A DNA stretch of 50,972 nucleotides from Prasinococcaceae sp. CCMP 1430 (Eukaryota; Plantae; Prasinodermophyta): positions 1 through 50,972 of the forward strand of contig RQSC01001207.1 in the NCBI GenBank assembly GCA_013416795.1. The letters run 5' to 3'. This document shows, one piece after another, positions 1 through 10,980 of this stretch. Numbering within the stretch: the stretch's first letter is position 1; each line of letters begins with the position of its first letter. Position numbers and translations under genes: made by a program. The notes under the pieces were generated by a model, which made no database searches, had not been told where the DNA came from, and saw only the letters and a program-made list of their open reading frames with translations.

Positions 1-13
1 AGGGTTACAGCGT

Positions 14-49
14 GTTTGGGGTTTAGGTTAGGGTTTGGGTGGGTTGGGG
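14..49 (+). repeat. Degenerate telomere-like repeat tract (TTTAGG/TTAGGG/TTTGGG variants)
   Basis: GTTTGGG GTTTAGG TTAGGG TTTGGG TGGG TTGGGG read directly; resembles plant/green-algal TTTAGGG. Confidence 0.55.
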
Positions 50-95
50 CGACGGCGGTACAGGCTGCCGGGCGTGCGGGCGCGCGCGTGCGCGC

Positions 96-98
<3 letters not shown>

Positions 99-126
<28 letters not shown>
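99..126 (+). repeat. (AG)14 microsatellite
   Basis: Direct count of AG units at 99-126. Confidence 0.95.
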
Positions 127-486
127 GCAGCGGGGCACGGCGTGACGCCGTGCCACTCGGCTCGCTCCGAGCGCCCCGCCCGTTCGCATCACAATGGCGT
201 CCATGATGGCCCAGTCCGCGCGCTCCGCCGCCGCCGCTGCGTTCCCGTTCGGGGGCCGCGCCGGTGACGCGCAGTCGGGGAACCGGCGAGCCCCGCGAAC
301 CACGGTTCACTTGGTGTGAGTTCGTGCGTTCATCAGCGTTTAGGGTAGGGTCTATCCAAATCCGTTTTCAGGCCAGGTGTGGCAGCAGGAGCGTGTCGGG
401 GGCGGAAGGCGTCACCCTACGCGCGGGCGGCGGGTGGCGGGCGGCAGGCGGCGGGCGGAAGGCGGCCGGCGGTCCACTCGCTCGCG

Positions 487-1855
487 ATGCGGCTTCACAT
501 CCCGTCGGCCCTCATCGGCGCGACGGCCGGCGGCGCGGCCGTGGTGTACGTCTCTGGCGGCCTGCGCCGCCCGGCGAGGCAGCGCAGGCGCGACGCCGAA
601 GGCGATGGCGCCGTGGTCGCCGCCGACAAGGGGCAGCAGACCGAGGGGGTGGAGGCCTTTGGCGCGATCGGGACGTTCGGCCTTCCGCGTGGTGAGCGCA
701 TCATCCAAGGTACGCTGCGAGCATGGCGCGTCCTGGGGCGTGCGATCCGCGCCGCAGCCGCGCGCGAGCAGTGCACGGCCGCTTGCACCGGCAGCGTCGC
801 GCATGCCTGGCGAGCGCACGCTGACGCTTGAGGGCGGCGCAGCGCCCGGCTTCATCTCGTGCGTCGATGGCCGATCGCGCACGCCAAAGTGGGTGGTCGA
901 GCGCCTCACGAGGGATTCGACACGCGGCGACGGCCATCGCAAGAATTCGCAGTGGGAGGAGGAAGCGGGCGCGCCGTCGCACCTACGCGCGCGACTTGAT
1001 GACTACCGGGGGTCGGGATACGACAGGGGCCACCTGGCGCCTGCGATGAACCACAAGGGCTCGCAGAAGGCGATGGACTCGACTTTCACGCTCGCAAACT
1101 GCGCGCCACAAGTGGGCGCGGGCTTCAACAGAGGTGCGGCGCGGCGCCCGCGCCCTGCCCGGCGCCCCGGCTGCGCCCCGCATCGGCCGCGCTGACATGC
1201 ACGCCTGCACCCATACGTGCCACCGCGCCTAGACTACTGGGCGAGGATCGAGTGGTTCGTGAGGGGCCTCGCCCATCGCGAGGGGACCCAAGCGGTGTAC
1301 GTGGCCACAGGTCCGCTGTACCTCCCCCAACCGACCGGCGACGGCCGCTGGCGCATGCAGCACGACATGCTCGGCAAGGCGCCGGCGCTCGTGTCCGTGC
1401 CCACCCACTTTTACAAGTGCGTGGTGGTGGAGGGCGAGGGCGGGCGCGGTGCGCCGACCTCGATCGGCGCATTCGTCATTCCCAACGCGCCCATCCCGCC
1501 CGGCGCGCCGCTCGAGGCGTTCGCTGTCCCCCTGAAGGAGCTCGAGGCCGCCGCGGGCATCAGCTTCTTCGACAAGGCCGGGCGGCCTCGCGCCGGCGAC
1601 GAGGAGAGGGTCATGCGTCGCGCACGCGCGGCGAGGGAACAGCTCACGGCCGGCGGGGGGCGCCAGCTCGCGCTCCCTCCACCAAACGAGTCGCTGCCAG
1701 AGCGTGCGTACAGGGAGGACGACGCGGCCAAGGGCAGCCGCGCGTTGCGCCACCTGTGCGAGCGGCCAGACGCCTGCGTGCTGCCGCGCGAGCGTTTCTG
1801 GGAGAACAGTGGTGGGAAGAAGAAGGAGCAGCGGACCCTGCCGCCTCGCCAATGA
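487..1855 (+). CDS. ENDOG: Endonuclease G / NUC1-like DNA/RNA non-specific endonuclease, 3 exons (487-709, 843-1133, 1233-1855)
   Basis: Catalytic YDRGHLAPA at about 1019-1045, plus NCAPQVGAGFNR-DYW, VATGPLYLP and VPTHFYK. Introns 710-842 and 1134-1232 are GT-AG with CTGAC branch points, and splicing preserves the frame. Confidence 0.92.
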
Positions 1856-1938
1856 GCGGCTCGCGTCGTGTATGTAAGTTCTGGTTGCGTTATACAGGGC
1901 AATGGCGCCCGCGCCTACTGTAGCACGTCGCCTCGCGC

Positions 1939-4900
1939 TCAGGCGAGCAGCCGCTTGGCAGCGTCGTGCACGAAGGGGGCCAAGTCGGCCCGCTGGCTGC
2001 GCGCAACCACCTTGGCCGTCGGGTGGCCTGGCACGACGGTCACCTCCACCAGCACGTCCGCTCCAGGCGGCGGGGCCACCTTGGCGCTCATGTAGAAGAT
2101 CTCGGCGCCCGGCGCGGCGCCGGGGCGCTTGGCCACCAGGCCAAGGCCCGCGCCCTGCAGTTTGGCCAGCGCGTCCGCGGGTGCCACCGTCGCAGGCACC
2201 TCCGCGGCGTTGTCCGGCAGTGCGCGCCACTGCTCCAAGAAGGCATTTTGTTCGATCGGGCCGGCGCCTGCAACAGCAGCCGCCTCAAGGGGGATGGTAT
2301 CCGCGAAGTAGTACACACCCGTGTTGCACTTGACGGCCACCTGCAGCGCCTGCACGGCAGGTGCTGGCGTCACCTGACCCGTGAACCCCATCTGCAGGCG
2401 CGTGTTGGCTGACCCGCCGGGTGCCACGGCGGGCACCTGCAGCGCGGCGGCGGCGGCCAGCCCGAAGCTGTTCTTGTTGAACTGTATGGCGAAGCCGTCG
2501 AGCGTCGCCTGCGAGCGGTTCGTGAAACACAGGACGTACGCGGGGCCCGCCACAAGCCGCCCCGAGATCTCCAGCCCATTGCCCTTGCCTGCGTCGAGCA
2601 GCACCGGCATGCTCGGCGCCGCCGCTGTAGCAGCTGGCGCGCTCGCGCCGAAGAGGTCATCCAGCCCCCCGCCCGCCGCGGGCGCCGCGGGCGCGCCGCC
2701 TCCCATGCCCATGAGGTCGGCGAGGGGATCGACGGGCGCCGCAGGCGCAGCAGGTGCCGGCGCAGCGCCGCCACCCAGCCCCATAAGGTCGGCCAGCGGA
2801 TCCACCGGCTGCGCGGCCGCCGGCGCGACCTCGGTGGTCGCACCGAACGACGATGCATCCACGACCTCCGGCTCCTCCACCCCCAACTGGACCTTCTGGC
2901 GCGTGACGAAGGCCTCGGGCGGCTTGTGGTAGACCGACGCCAGCGTCGACATCTGGCCCAGCAGCAGGTCGAGCCAAGCGGGGTCGAGGTTGTTCGAATC
3001 GTCCGAGATGGTGGGCTTCTCCGCGAGCACGACGTCCTTGGCGGCCTCGGGGTCCGTCGACAGCAGGCGCCAGTAAATGTACGCGCGGTCGCGCAGGTCG
3101 GGGTTGTCTGTCTCCTGGGTGGCGTTCGAGAGCACCACCTGGATCATCTGCTGCGGCGCCTCGGTCGGGCGCTTGAGGAAGAGCTTCACCGTGGCGGTCA
3201 GCAGCTGCAGCTGCACGGCGGGCGGCTCCTCCGGGAAGCTCTCGAGGAATGCCTCCAGCAGCTCGTCGGCATTGTCGATGCGCTCGGCGTACTCGCCGAT
3301 GATCCAGATCATCGACGCCTTGGCCGCGGGCTCATCGAGCGTGTCCAGGTTGTCGCAGAGCGTGGCGATGATGCTCTCGTACTGGTTGGGGTACCTGCGG
3401 AAGATGTCCTTGATGACGACGATGGCCTCCTGCACCACATAGTTTACCTTGGTCTGGATGAGCTCCAGCAGCACGTTGATGCAGCGCTCGGCGGCGCGCT
3501 CCAGCGAGATGGCGCAGCGGCCGATGGCGCGCACGGACTTCCGCACGAAGTCCACGTCGACCTCCGTGGCGTACTCCTTGAACTCTTGCAGCACCTGGTC
3601 GATGTTGCGGTCGTTGGCAAGCTTCACCATGATCTCGAGCTTCTCGATTTTGCAGTAGATGGGGTCGTTGTACTTGCAGAAGAACACCTTGATCTCGTGG
3701 CTCAGGATGCCCGGCCTCCTCTGGACGATCAAGTTGATGTTGCGCAGCGCGACGTACTGGATCTCGGGCTCGGAGCTCAGCAGGGTCACAAGCGGCGGCG
3801 CCATCTTCTTCTGCAGGCTGCGCAGCATGTCCGGGCTGGTGATGACCTCCATTTGGCGCATGACGACCTTGACGGCGCTCAGCACCACCGCGCTGTTGGC
3901 GTGCTGCAGGCGCGGGGTCACGCGCTCGACGATCGACTCGGCGTCGCGCGCGTCGCGGGCCTTGTAGCTGGTGATGGCATCCAGGATGAAGACTTGGCCC
4001 CACTCAGTGCATTCATTGAGCGCGGCGAGCAGCTTGAAGAGGGTGTTCTGGTTGACCTGGAACACTGGGCGGCTCGAGGCATCTGAGATCTCCGTGAGCG
4101 CGGCGACTGCGTTGGCGACGACCATCGGGTTCGAGTCAGCCAGCATGTCGACTAGCGCATCGAGGAAGCCGCGCTCCTGCACGAGCTCCGCCGAGATGTC
4201 GAAGAGCTTGGCCACGCACACTGCCGCTGTCTTGCGCACGTAGGGATCCTCGTCGCGCAGGCAGCGCTGCAGCGGGTCGCACAGGTACTCAGTGATCTTG
4301 TCCACGCGGATGCAGCCCATCGTGCGCACGGCCAGCGCGCGAATGAGCGGGTTGGGATCCTGCGTGTCCTTGACGAACGTGTTCACCGCCATGATCGCGA
4401 GGTCCGGCTGCGTCTTGGCGTAGTTGATTAGGTAGAGGTACACGAGCTTCTTCAGCTCGAGGTTGTCCGTCTGCATGCAGTTGGTCACGTCGGGGAAGAG
4501 CATCGACACGTCCTTGCCGACCGTCATCGCTGCGATCACCTTCTTCACGGCGCTCTTCTGCACAGAGCCATCCTGGTGGTGGAGCTCGTCCTTGAGCTCG
4601 GCGATCTCGCCTGCGCGCGCGGTGCGGTCGCGGCGTCAGCGCAGGTGCTCGTAGCGCTCTCGGCGCGCGCGAAAACATGCGATGCGGTTTGCGAGCGCAG
4701 GGCTTCGCGCACGGGACATCACTCGCTCGCATGCTCGCGCGGAGTAGGCTCGCTTCGCCATGCCGCGCCGCGCAAAGGCGCCCGCGGCCCCCTGATGGGA
4801 TGTACCCCCCTGGCGCAACACCCGCGCCTGTCGCAGCAGAGGGCACGAAAAAGGGCGCGGAAACGCGCCCTACCCTGCTCCGGGCAGGCGCAGGCCGTGC

Positions 4901-5011
4901 GCGGCGCCTGCAGGGCCAGCGGCGCCGGCGGCCAGCGGCACGGCTCGGCGCGGCGGCGCGGTCCTCACCCTTCTTGGTGGTGGAGAAGTACTTCTCCATG
5001 ATCGCCGCCAT
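1939..5011 (-). CDS. Beta-adaptin (AP-1/AP-2 complex subunit beta), 2 exons (5011-4969, 4610-1939)
   Basis: Spliced N-terminus [15 protein letters not shown]|EIAELKDEL...[21 protein letters not shown]; trunk motifs [14 protein letters not shown] and [16 protein letters not shown]; Pro/Ala hinge with repeated DPLADLMG; appendage domain. Intron 4611-4968 is GT-AG. Confidence 0.97.
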
Positions 5012-5459
5012 GGCGCGGCCGCAGCGCGCTCGCGGCGCCCGCGCGGCGCTTTTTTTTTGGGGGGGGGGGGGAGCACACCGCGCGCGCGCGCTGTGGCACA
5101 CGCCACGCTGCTGGCTGGTGCCGCAGCAGCGCCGCGCGCGACGCGTCTCCCCCATCTGTCCTTAGGCCAGTGCGAAGATTCCCTCGTTCTTCCTGTTCGC
5201 TTCCCTCCTCTTTACCTGCAAAACGACTGCGGAGCCGCGTCCGCGCCCGCCGCGCGCGCTGGGGCCCCGAGCCAGGAGCATCATCCAGAGTCCGGCGGCG
5301 ACCGCGAGGGGCGCGACGCAGATGAATGTCGGTAACCCCCATTTTCGTACCGGTGTTTCCCCCAGCGGACNCCCCCTCCCCCCATCACCAATAACAAACA
5401 CACATTCGTAGCGCGACGGCGCCGCGAGCCTGCGGCGAGCACGCGGGGGCGCGGGCGAC

Positions 5460-6896
5460 ATGGCGAGGGCGGCGGGAGGCGGCGGCAAGCTGGCGCTCAT
5501 GAGCCGGCAGCAGGCGGTCGTGTTCGTGGTGACGTGGCTATCGTACGTCTTCGTGTACGTGGCGCGCAAGCCCGTGTCCATCGTGAAATCGAGCCTGACG
5601 AGCGAGCTCGGCCTGAGCGCGTCGCAGCTTGGCAACGTGGACACGGCGTTCCTGCTCACGTACACAGCGGGATCGTTCCTCGGCGGCAGGCTCGGTGACC
5701 TCCTGGGCGAGAGGACCATCATCGCATCATCGCTGGCGGTCAACGCCGCAGGCTGCGCAGCTTTTGCGATGGCGCAGGACTACGCGTCAGCGCTTATCAC
5801 ATGGGGGCTGTGCGGGCTCGCGCAGGGTTGCGTGTACCCGTGCTGCCTGAAAGCGCTGGGCACGGCATTCAGTCCGGCAGTGATGGGGCAGGTCACGGGA
5901 CTTTGGTGCACGGCGCACTACACGGGCGGCATTGGGGGAAACATCGGTGGGGCGTGGCTGATGCAATTCCACGGCTGGCGAGCTGCCTTTGCCACGCCGG
6001 CGGCGCTGCTCGCCACGATGGCGGTGGGCGCGGCGCTCTTGCTGCCCGCGCACCCCGGGGGCGGCGCGGGAGGGGCAGGCAAGGGGGCTCCGCAGAAACA
6101 GACGGAGATGGCGCATGTGGGTAGCGTGGGATCGGCGGTGAGCGACCAGAGATTTAAGCGCCTGGGCAATGGCTCCGACCACGGCGGCGTGCCGGTCGCA
6201 GCGGCGCCGCAGCCGCCCATTTCGCGCCTCCTTTGCCTCCCAGGCCTCGCGCACATCAGCGGAGCATACTTCTTCATCAAACTCGTGCGTTACTCGTGCA
6301 TGTTCTGGCTGCCGTTCTTCCTGTCCCACGCGATGGGACTCGGTGAGGCGGCTGCGGGGTACATGGCCACGGCGTTCGATGCCGGTGGGCTGCTGGGCAC
6401 GTTCTCCGCGGGTTGGGCGAGCGACAAGATCATGCAGGGGAGGCGCGCATCGACAGCGCTGCCGCTGGCCCTGGCCACGGCCGCGGCTTTTGCCGTGTAC
6501 AACTGGGCGTTTTCCTCGACTACGCTGCTGGTAGACGTGCCAGTGCTCAATATGCTGCTTATCGGCGTCTTCGGTGCGTGCATCGCAGGGCCGGATTTCC
6601 TACTGGCGGGACCTGCCGCACAGGAGCTCGCGCGCAACGGCGGCTTGCCGCAGTGCACCGCGACCGTCGCGGGCATGGTGGACGGCTTCGGCTCCTTCGG
6701 CGCGGTCATGCAGGGCGCCGTGACAAGCTACACCACGCAGGTGTACGGCTGGAGCGCGCTGTACACGCTCTTCAGCGTCATGCTCGTGAGCACGGCGGGA
6801 TTGCTCGCACAGCCGGCCGCGAGGGAGTCGCGCTTGCTCAGGCACAAGATCGACGGCGACAGCAGGAGGGGGCACGAGGCGGCCTTGCCACGGTAG
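5460..6896 (+). CDS. MFS transporter, organophosphate:Pi antiporter (SLC37/GlpT-like) family
   Basis: About 12 hydrophobic segments; YVARKPVSIVK, GDLLGER, FWLPFFL, FDAGGLLG...GWASDK...GRRA and VAGMVDGFGSFGA motifs. Confidence 0.85.
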   Translation: MARAAGGGGKLALMSRQQAVVFVVTWLSYVFVYVARKPVSIVKSSLTSELGLSASQLGNVDTAFLLTYTAGSFLGGRLGDLLGERTIIASSLAVNAAGCAAFAMAQDYASALITWGLCGLAQGCVYPCCLKALGTAFSPAVMGQVTGLWCTAHYTGGIGGNIGGAWLMQFHGWRAAFATPAALLATMAVGAALLLPAHPGGGAGGAGKGAPQKQTEMAHVGSVGSAVSDQRFKRLGNGSDHGGVPVAAAPQPPISRLLCLPGLAHISGAYFFIKLVRYSCMFWLPFFLSHAMGLGEAAAGYMATAFDAGGLLGTFSAGWASDKIMQGRRASTALPLALATAAAFAVYNWAFSSTTLLVDVPVLNMLLIGVFGACIAGPDFLLAGPAAQELARNGGLPQCTATVAGMVDGFGSFGAVMQGAVTSYTTQVYGWSALYTLFSVMLVSTAGLLAQPAARESRLLRHKIDGDSRRGHEAALPR

Positions 6897-7130
6897 TCTC
6901 GCTGTCCTATATTGTACGGTAATATTCTAATGGCGCACCTGGCAGGGTGCATGCAGACGGGATGTGATACGGGTAGAGCGGGGAAGAGAGGCGCGCCGTT
7001 GGGTGGGCGGAGGGGGGAGGAGGGGAAGAGCTATGCTATACATTGTACACTTGGTCCTACCAATGGCGTGCGCGCTCGCTAGGCACCGGCGCGAGTGCCG
7101 CCGGCGTGCAGTGCTCGCGACAGCTGGTCA

Positions 7131-8615
7131 TCAGATGCCCTTGCGCTTTGCTGAGCGACTCGTCCACAGCCAGACCGAGCTGGCCACCAGGAACAGCGAT
7201 GAGATCGCCGGCACGGTGATGCGCCAGTTGTGTAAGTTGTCCTGGATGAGGCCGACCAACGGCGGGCTAGGCACGTCGCCGAAGACGTGCACGCACACCG
7301 TGCTGACGCTCATTGCCAAGCTTTGCATCGTGGGCTTGACGCCGTCACCCTGCACAACCCAGATGGTGGCGCTGTTGATGGGGCCGGTGGCCGAGAAGAC
7401 CATCATCGAGCCAACGCCAAAGACCACGAAGAACCCCACCTTCTGCGCCACGTCAAAGGCAAATGCTGCCATGCAGATGACCCCGCCGACAGCAGAGACC
7501 AGCGCGCAGAACCTAGCGGCGTTGGCCACGGTGCCTCCCCCTGGCATTGAGTCCAGCAAGAACCCGCCAAGAATCGTGCCCACCAAGCTCGTGCCCGCGA
7601 TGAGGGCGGCGAAGACCAGGTCCGCGTTCGGGACGTCGTAGGCCTCCTTGCCTGCCTTCGGCCCCCAGAAGGCGTACGCGCCTACCACCTGCGAATAAAT
7701 GCTATAGCCGCACGTAATGCCGGTGTACTGCGCGTTGGACAGCAAGTCCTTCAAGTCGCCGAAGAAGCCGCTGAGCGCGTCGCCCAACTTGCCGGAGAAA
7801 GCGCGCGGTCTCCTGCCATCGCCGCGCGGGCCCCCGGCTCCAGTGGCTGCCTGGACGTCTACGTCCGACAGCGCAGTGGGGTCCAGCAGCACGGACTCCT
7901 CCGTCGGCAGCCCCACCTCGTCCGCCTGTTGCGGGCGCAAGTTCGCGTGGGCGAGCGCCATGACTTTCTTGCCAATGCCTCGCGTGCCCTGGACGAGGCA
8001 CACGACGGCGATCGGGGCCATGATGACCGCTTCCAGCAGGAGCGCCCAGCGCCAAGTCAGGCCACACGCCCCCGTCACGATGCCACCATACGCGTAGCCG
8101 AGCGCAACGCCCACGGGTATCGTCGCGTAGAACACCGCGAGCCACGACGAACGGCTCCCGGGCGGCGCGACGGCATCGATGAAAGGGGCGGCAAGGCAGA
8201 CGAAGCTCGCCTCCCCGACGCCCACCATCGCGCGTGCCGCCACGAGCGACTTGTACCCCACCGAGGTTGCGCACAAGACGAGCGCGCCGCACCAGATCAA
8301 GAGGCCGACGAACATGCACAAGAACCCATCATAGTACTTGGTGGCCTCAGCGAAGACGGGCGCAGCCGCCACGAGGCCGAACATGAACGCGCTCGCCAGG
8401 ATGCCGTCCTCGAAGTCGCTTAGCCCGAAGTCCTTCTGAATGCCGTCGCTGTTGACACCATTGGATGCGATTGCGCCGCGGTCCATGTAGGTCACCAGGC
8501 CCGCGAGCACGAACAGCGCCAGCAGGAAGCGTGGGGCCATCGGCGGCGGCCGCCGCGCCTCGCCGACTGCCTCTGCGCCCGCGCCCCCCACGCGCGCAGG
8601 CGCTTCCGCGCCCAT
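7131..8615 (-). CDS. MFS transporter, Spinster-like (probable sphingolipid/lysolipid transporter)
   Basis: TYMDRGAIASNGVN, ARAMVGVGEASF, APFIDAVAPP, WLAVFYATIPVGVALGY and HVFGDVPSPPLVG match plant spinster homologs. Start is the first plausible ATG (8615; 8539 is an alternative). Confidence 0.88.
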   Translation of the reverse strand: MGAEAPARVGGAGAEAVGEARRPPPMAPRFLLALFVLAGLVTYMDRGAIASNGVNSDGIQKDFGLSDFEDGILASAFMFGLVAAAPVFAEATKYYDGFLCMFVGLLIWCGALVLCATSVGYKSLVAARAMVGVGEASFVCLAAPFIDAVAPPGSRSSWLAVFYATIPVGVALGYAYGGIVTGACGLTWRWALLLEAVIMAPIAVVCLVQGTRGIGKKVMALAHANLRPQQADEVGLPTEESVLLDPTALSDVDVQAATGAGGPRGDGRRPRAFSGKLGDALSGFFGDLKDLLSNAQYTGITCGYSIYSQVVGAYAFWGPKAGKEAYDVPNADLVFAALIAGTSLVGTILGGFLLDSMPGGGTVANAARFCALVSAVGGVICMAAFAFDVAQKVGFFVVFGVGSMMVFSATGPINSATIWVVQGDGVKPTMQSLAMSVSTVCVHVFGDVPSPPLVGLIQDNLHNWRITVPAISSLFLVASSVWLWTSRSAKRKGI

Positions 8616-8985
8616 GTCGTCCGTGCGGGCCGGAGTGGTGGCGATGGTGGTGCGTGTGTGTGTTTGTTGTTGTTGTTGTTGGGGGGGGGAGAAGCCGCTC
8701 TGCAGCAGATGCGCCCCGCACTCGCTGTGGCGCCACGCCACGCTCTCGCGCATACGCATGCTCTCTTGCGCCTTTGGCCCTCGGCCCCAAGGTTCAAAAT
8801 CAATATTAGGGTAGACGGAGGGTTTGCGCCCCCCCGTACGTAGAGTTTCGTGTAGTCGCATCGGGCGCGTGCACTGAGGGCCGGACGCGCACGTCGGCAC
8901 TCGTGCGTGCGCGGGTGACGCCGTATGCATATCTGACTATGTTACAGTACTGTACCACTGTACAACAAGGGCATGGTTGTGGGCC

Positions 8986-10293
8986 TCACGCGCTGGGCGG
9001 CGCGGCGGCCGCTGCATCCGCGAGTTCGAGCGTGACATCATCGCTGTCACCTGCGGCACGCTTCGCCTCCAACTCCTCCGCCTTCCGCTTCGCCTCCTCT
9101 CTGTCGGTGGCCGCCGCCCACCGCTCAGCCAAGAACGAGTCCATCACGACTTGCGTAAGGTGAGCCACGATGCAGGGGATGGCCATGAGGCCCGATGCAT
9201 CCACTGTATTGCCCTCGGCATCCACGCTGGTCAGCTCGTCCGCGATGAATGCAATGACGGTGATGGCCACCGGCAGCGTCTTCTCCGTGGAGAGCAGGAA
9301 CACCGCCTTGCGCTCTGGCGTAGGAATGGGTACCAGCGCCACCGCAGGCGCCACCACGGCCATGTAGCCAACGTGCAGCCCCACGCCTGCCGCCAGTATG
9401 GCCAGGAGCTGGCTCACGGTCACCGCGCGCAGCTGCTCGTTGGCCACCGACACGCGCATGAGTGGAACGAGGATGAGGAAGGTCGAGCTCAGCAGGGACA
9501 GCCGGCGTTTGTAAGGCCCGTCTACGCGCGACTGCACGGCGGGCGCGAGCTCGCGCACACCCTTGCCCACCGCCAGCGGCAGCAGGATGGACAGCGCGAG
9601 CTTGTACAGCAACGGGAGCGGGTCTATGGACACCATGCCCGCCGTTGAACCCAGCAGCGCCGAGAGCATGAAGGGCACTGTGATGACGCCCAGCAGGTTG
9701 GTAGTCACCGTGAGCAAGAGTGCGAGCGCGAAGTTGCCCTTGGCCTGCCTCGTGAGCAGCACGCCCGAGCTGAGCGTTGTCGGCATGCACGCGAACACAG
9801 CGAGCCCGAGCATGAACTCGCGTGGCTCCAGCGGCAGCTCGAGCACGACGAGCGCGGCGAGCGGCGTGATGCCCAGAATAAACACGACCCCCAGCAGCAT
9901 GCCGCGCCACTCGGACACCGCGTGTCGGATGTCAGCCGTCTTGAGCCCGAGGCCACTAATGAAGAAGATGGCGCCGATGCAGATCTGGCCCACAAAGCCC
10001 GGCGAAGCGAGCGCCTTGCCGGGCTGCGGCACGAAGGCGCTGAAGATGATAGCCGTCACCAGGCCGAGCGGAAGGTAGTGCCGAAGGCCGAACGATGCCG
10101 CGCGGCTCAGCATCGATGGCGGCGGCGACGAGTCGGGCGCTGGCGTCTGCGCCGACGCAGGCGGCGGCTGACAGAGCTCGGACTCCTGCGGGCAAGGCTC
10201 GGACGGCGCGGCCAGCGGCACCGTCTCGCTCGGCTCGGCGCTCCCTGCCGCCTCATTGTCCTCCCAACGACGCGCCTCTCCTTCCCGACCCAT
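8986..10293 (-). CDS. Bile acid:sodium symporter family protein (BASS4 / SBF-like)
   Basis: IFFISGLGLK, GLAVFACMPTTLSSGVLLT, GNFALALLLTV, EKTLPV and IPCIVAHLTQVVMDS; acidic/Pro-rich N-terminal extension. Confidence 0.88.
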   Translation of the reverse strand: MGREGEARRWEDNEAAGSAEPSETVPLAAPSEPCPQESELCQPPPASAQTPAPDSSPPPSMLSRAASFGLRHYLPLGLVTAIIFSAFVPQPGKALASPGFVGQICIGAIFFISGLGLKTADIRHAVSEWRGMLLGVVFILGITPLAALVVLELPLEPREFMLGLAVFACMPTTLSSGVLLTRQAKGNFALALLLTVTTNLLGVITVPFMLSALLGSTAGMVSIDPLPLLYKLALSILLPLAVGKGVRELAPAVQSRVDGPYKRRLSLLSSTFLILVPLMRVSVANEQLRAVTVSQLLAILAAGVGLHVGYMAVVAPAVALVPIPTPERKAVFLLSTEKTLPVAITVIAFIADELTSVDAEGNTVDASGLMAIPCIVAHLTQVVMDSFLAERWAAATDREEAKRKAEELEAKRAAGDSDDVTLELADAAAAAPPSA

Positions 10294-10980
10294 GCCTCGA
10301 GTCGCGGCCAGGCGGGCTGTTGGCAAACGTTGCCGCCGCCGGGCACGGCGGCGCGGCACGCCCGCGGTGCGCGGTGCGGTGTGGCGCCTCCCCTCACCCC
10401 ACCCAACCCCACCCAACCCCGCCCCACCTCCTCTGCCCCCCGCGCGCGCGCGCGCCGCGCGGCGTGTGGCGCATGTAAGCCCCGCCGGCGGCCGCCGCCG
10501 ACGCGCCCGGTAGACAAACCATCATCCAGCGAGGGACTGTGCGACCGAACGGGGGAGGGCCCGCAGCAGGCCGTTCGGAGCCACTCGGGCGGCGCGGCAC
10601 GCGCCCTTCCCGCGGCACCCACCCACTCAACCACCCTCCCCAACCAAAGAGAGAGAGAGAGGGGGAGAGAGAGCGGCTGCTGCGTGTGGCGGCCGTGGCG
10701 GTTTTGGGACGGCGGGCGGAAGGGGCCGGGGGCGCCTGGGGGCAGGGCAGGCGAGGGCGCAGGGGAGTGAGCGGCAGCGATGGCGGGGGCTACGGCGGGC
10801 GGCGAGCGCGGTTGCGAGCGCAGCTGCGGGCGCGCCGCCCTCTTTGCGATACGCGGGGCACCGGCCGTGCCGGCCGCAGCAGGCGTGCTGGCGCGGTGGG
10901 CGAAGGGATGCGCTGAGGGACAGGCGCGGACACCACAGACGCAGGCGCAGACGCAGCGGCAATGGCAGCAGCGTGGCGGG

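Noticed and set aside
1-50. True chromosome telomere at the window start
   Set aside because: The repeats are degenerate, short and of the wrong polarity for a left end (CCCTAAA on + would be expected).
2926-4086. Long antisense or alternative-frame ORFs (also 1229-2230, 19378-20487, 25134-26738, 30964-32334, 40433-42007, 44334-45353 and 47862-49166)
   Set aside because: They are shadows of real genes on the opposite strand, expected at high GC with strong codon bias. They show no domain motifs and have R/A/G/P-biased composition.
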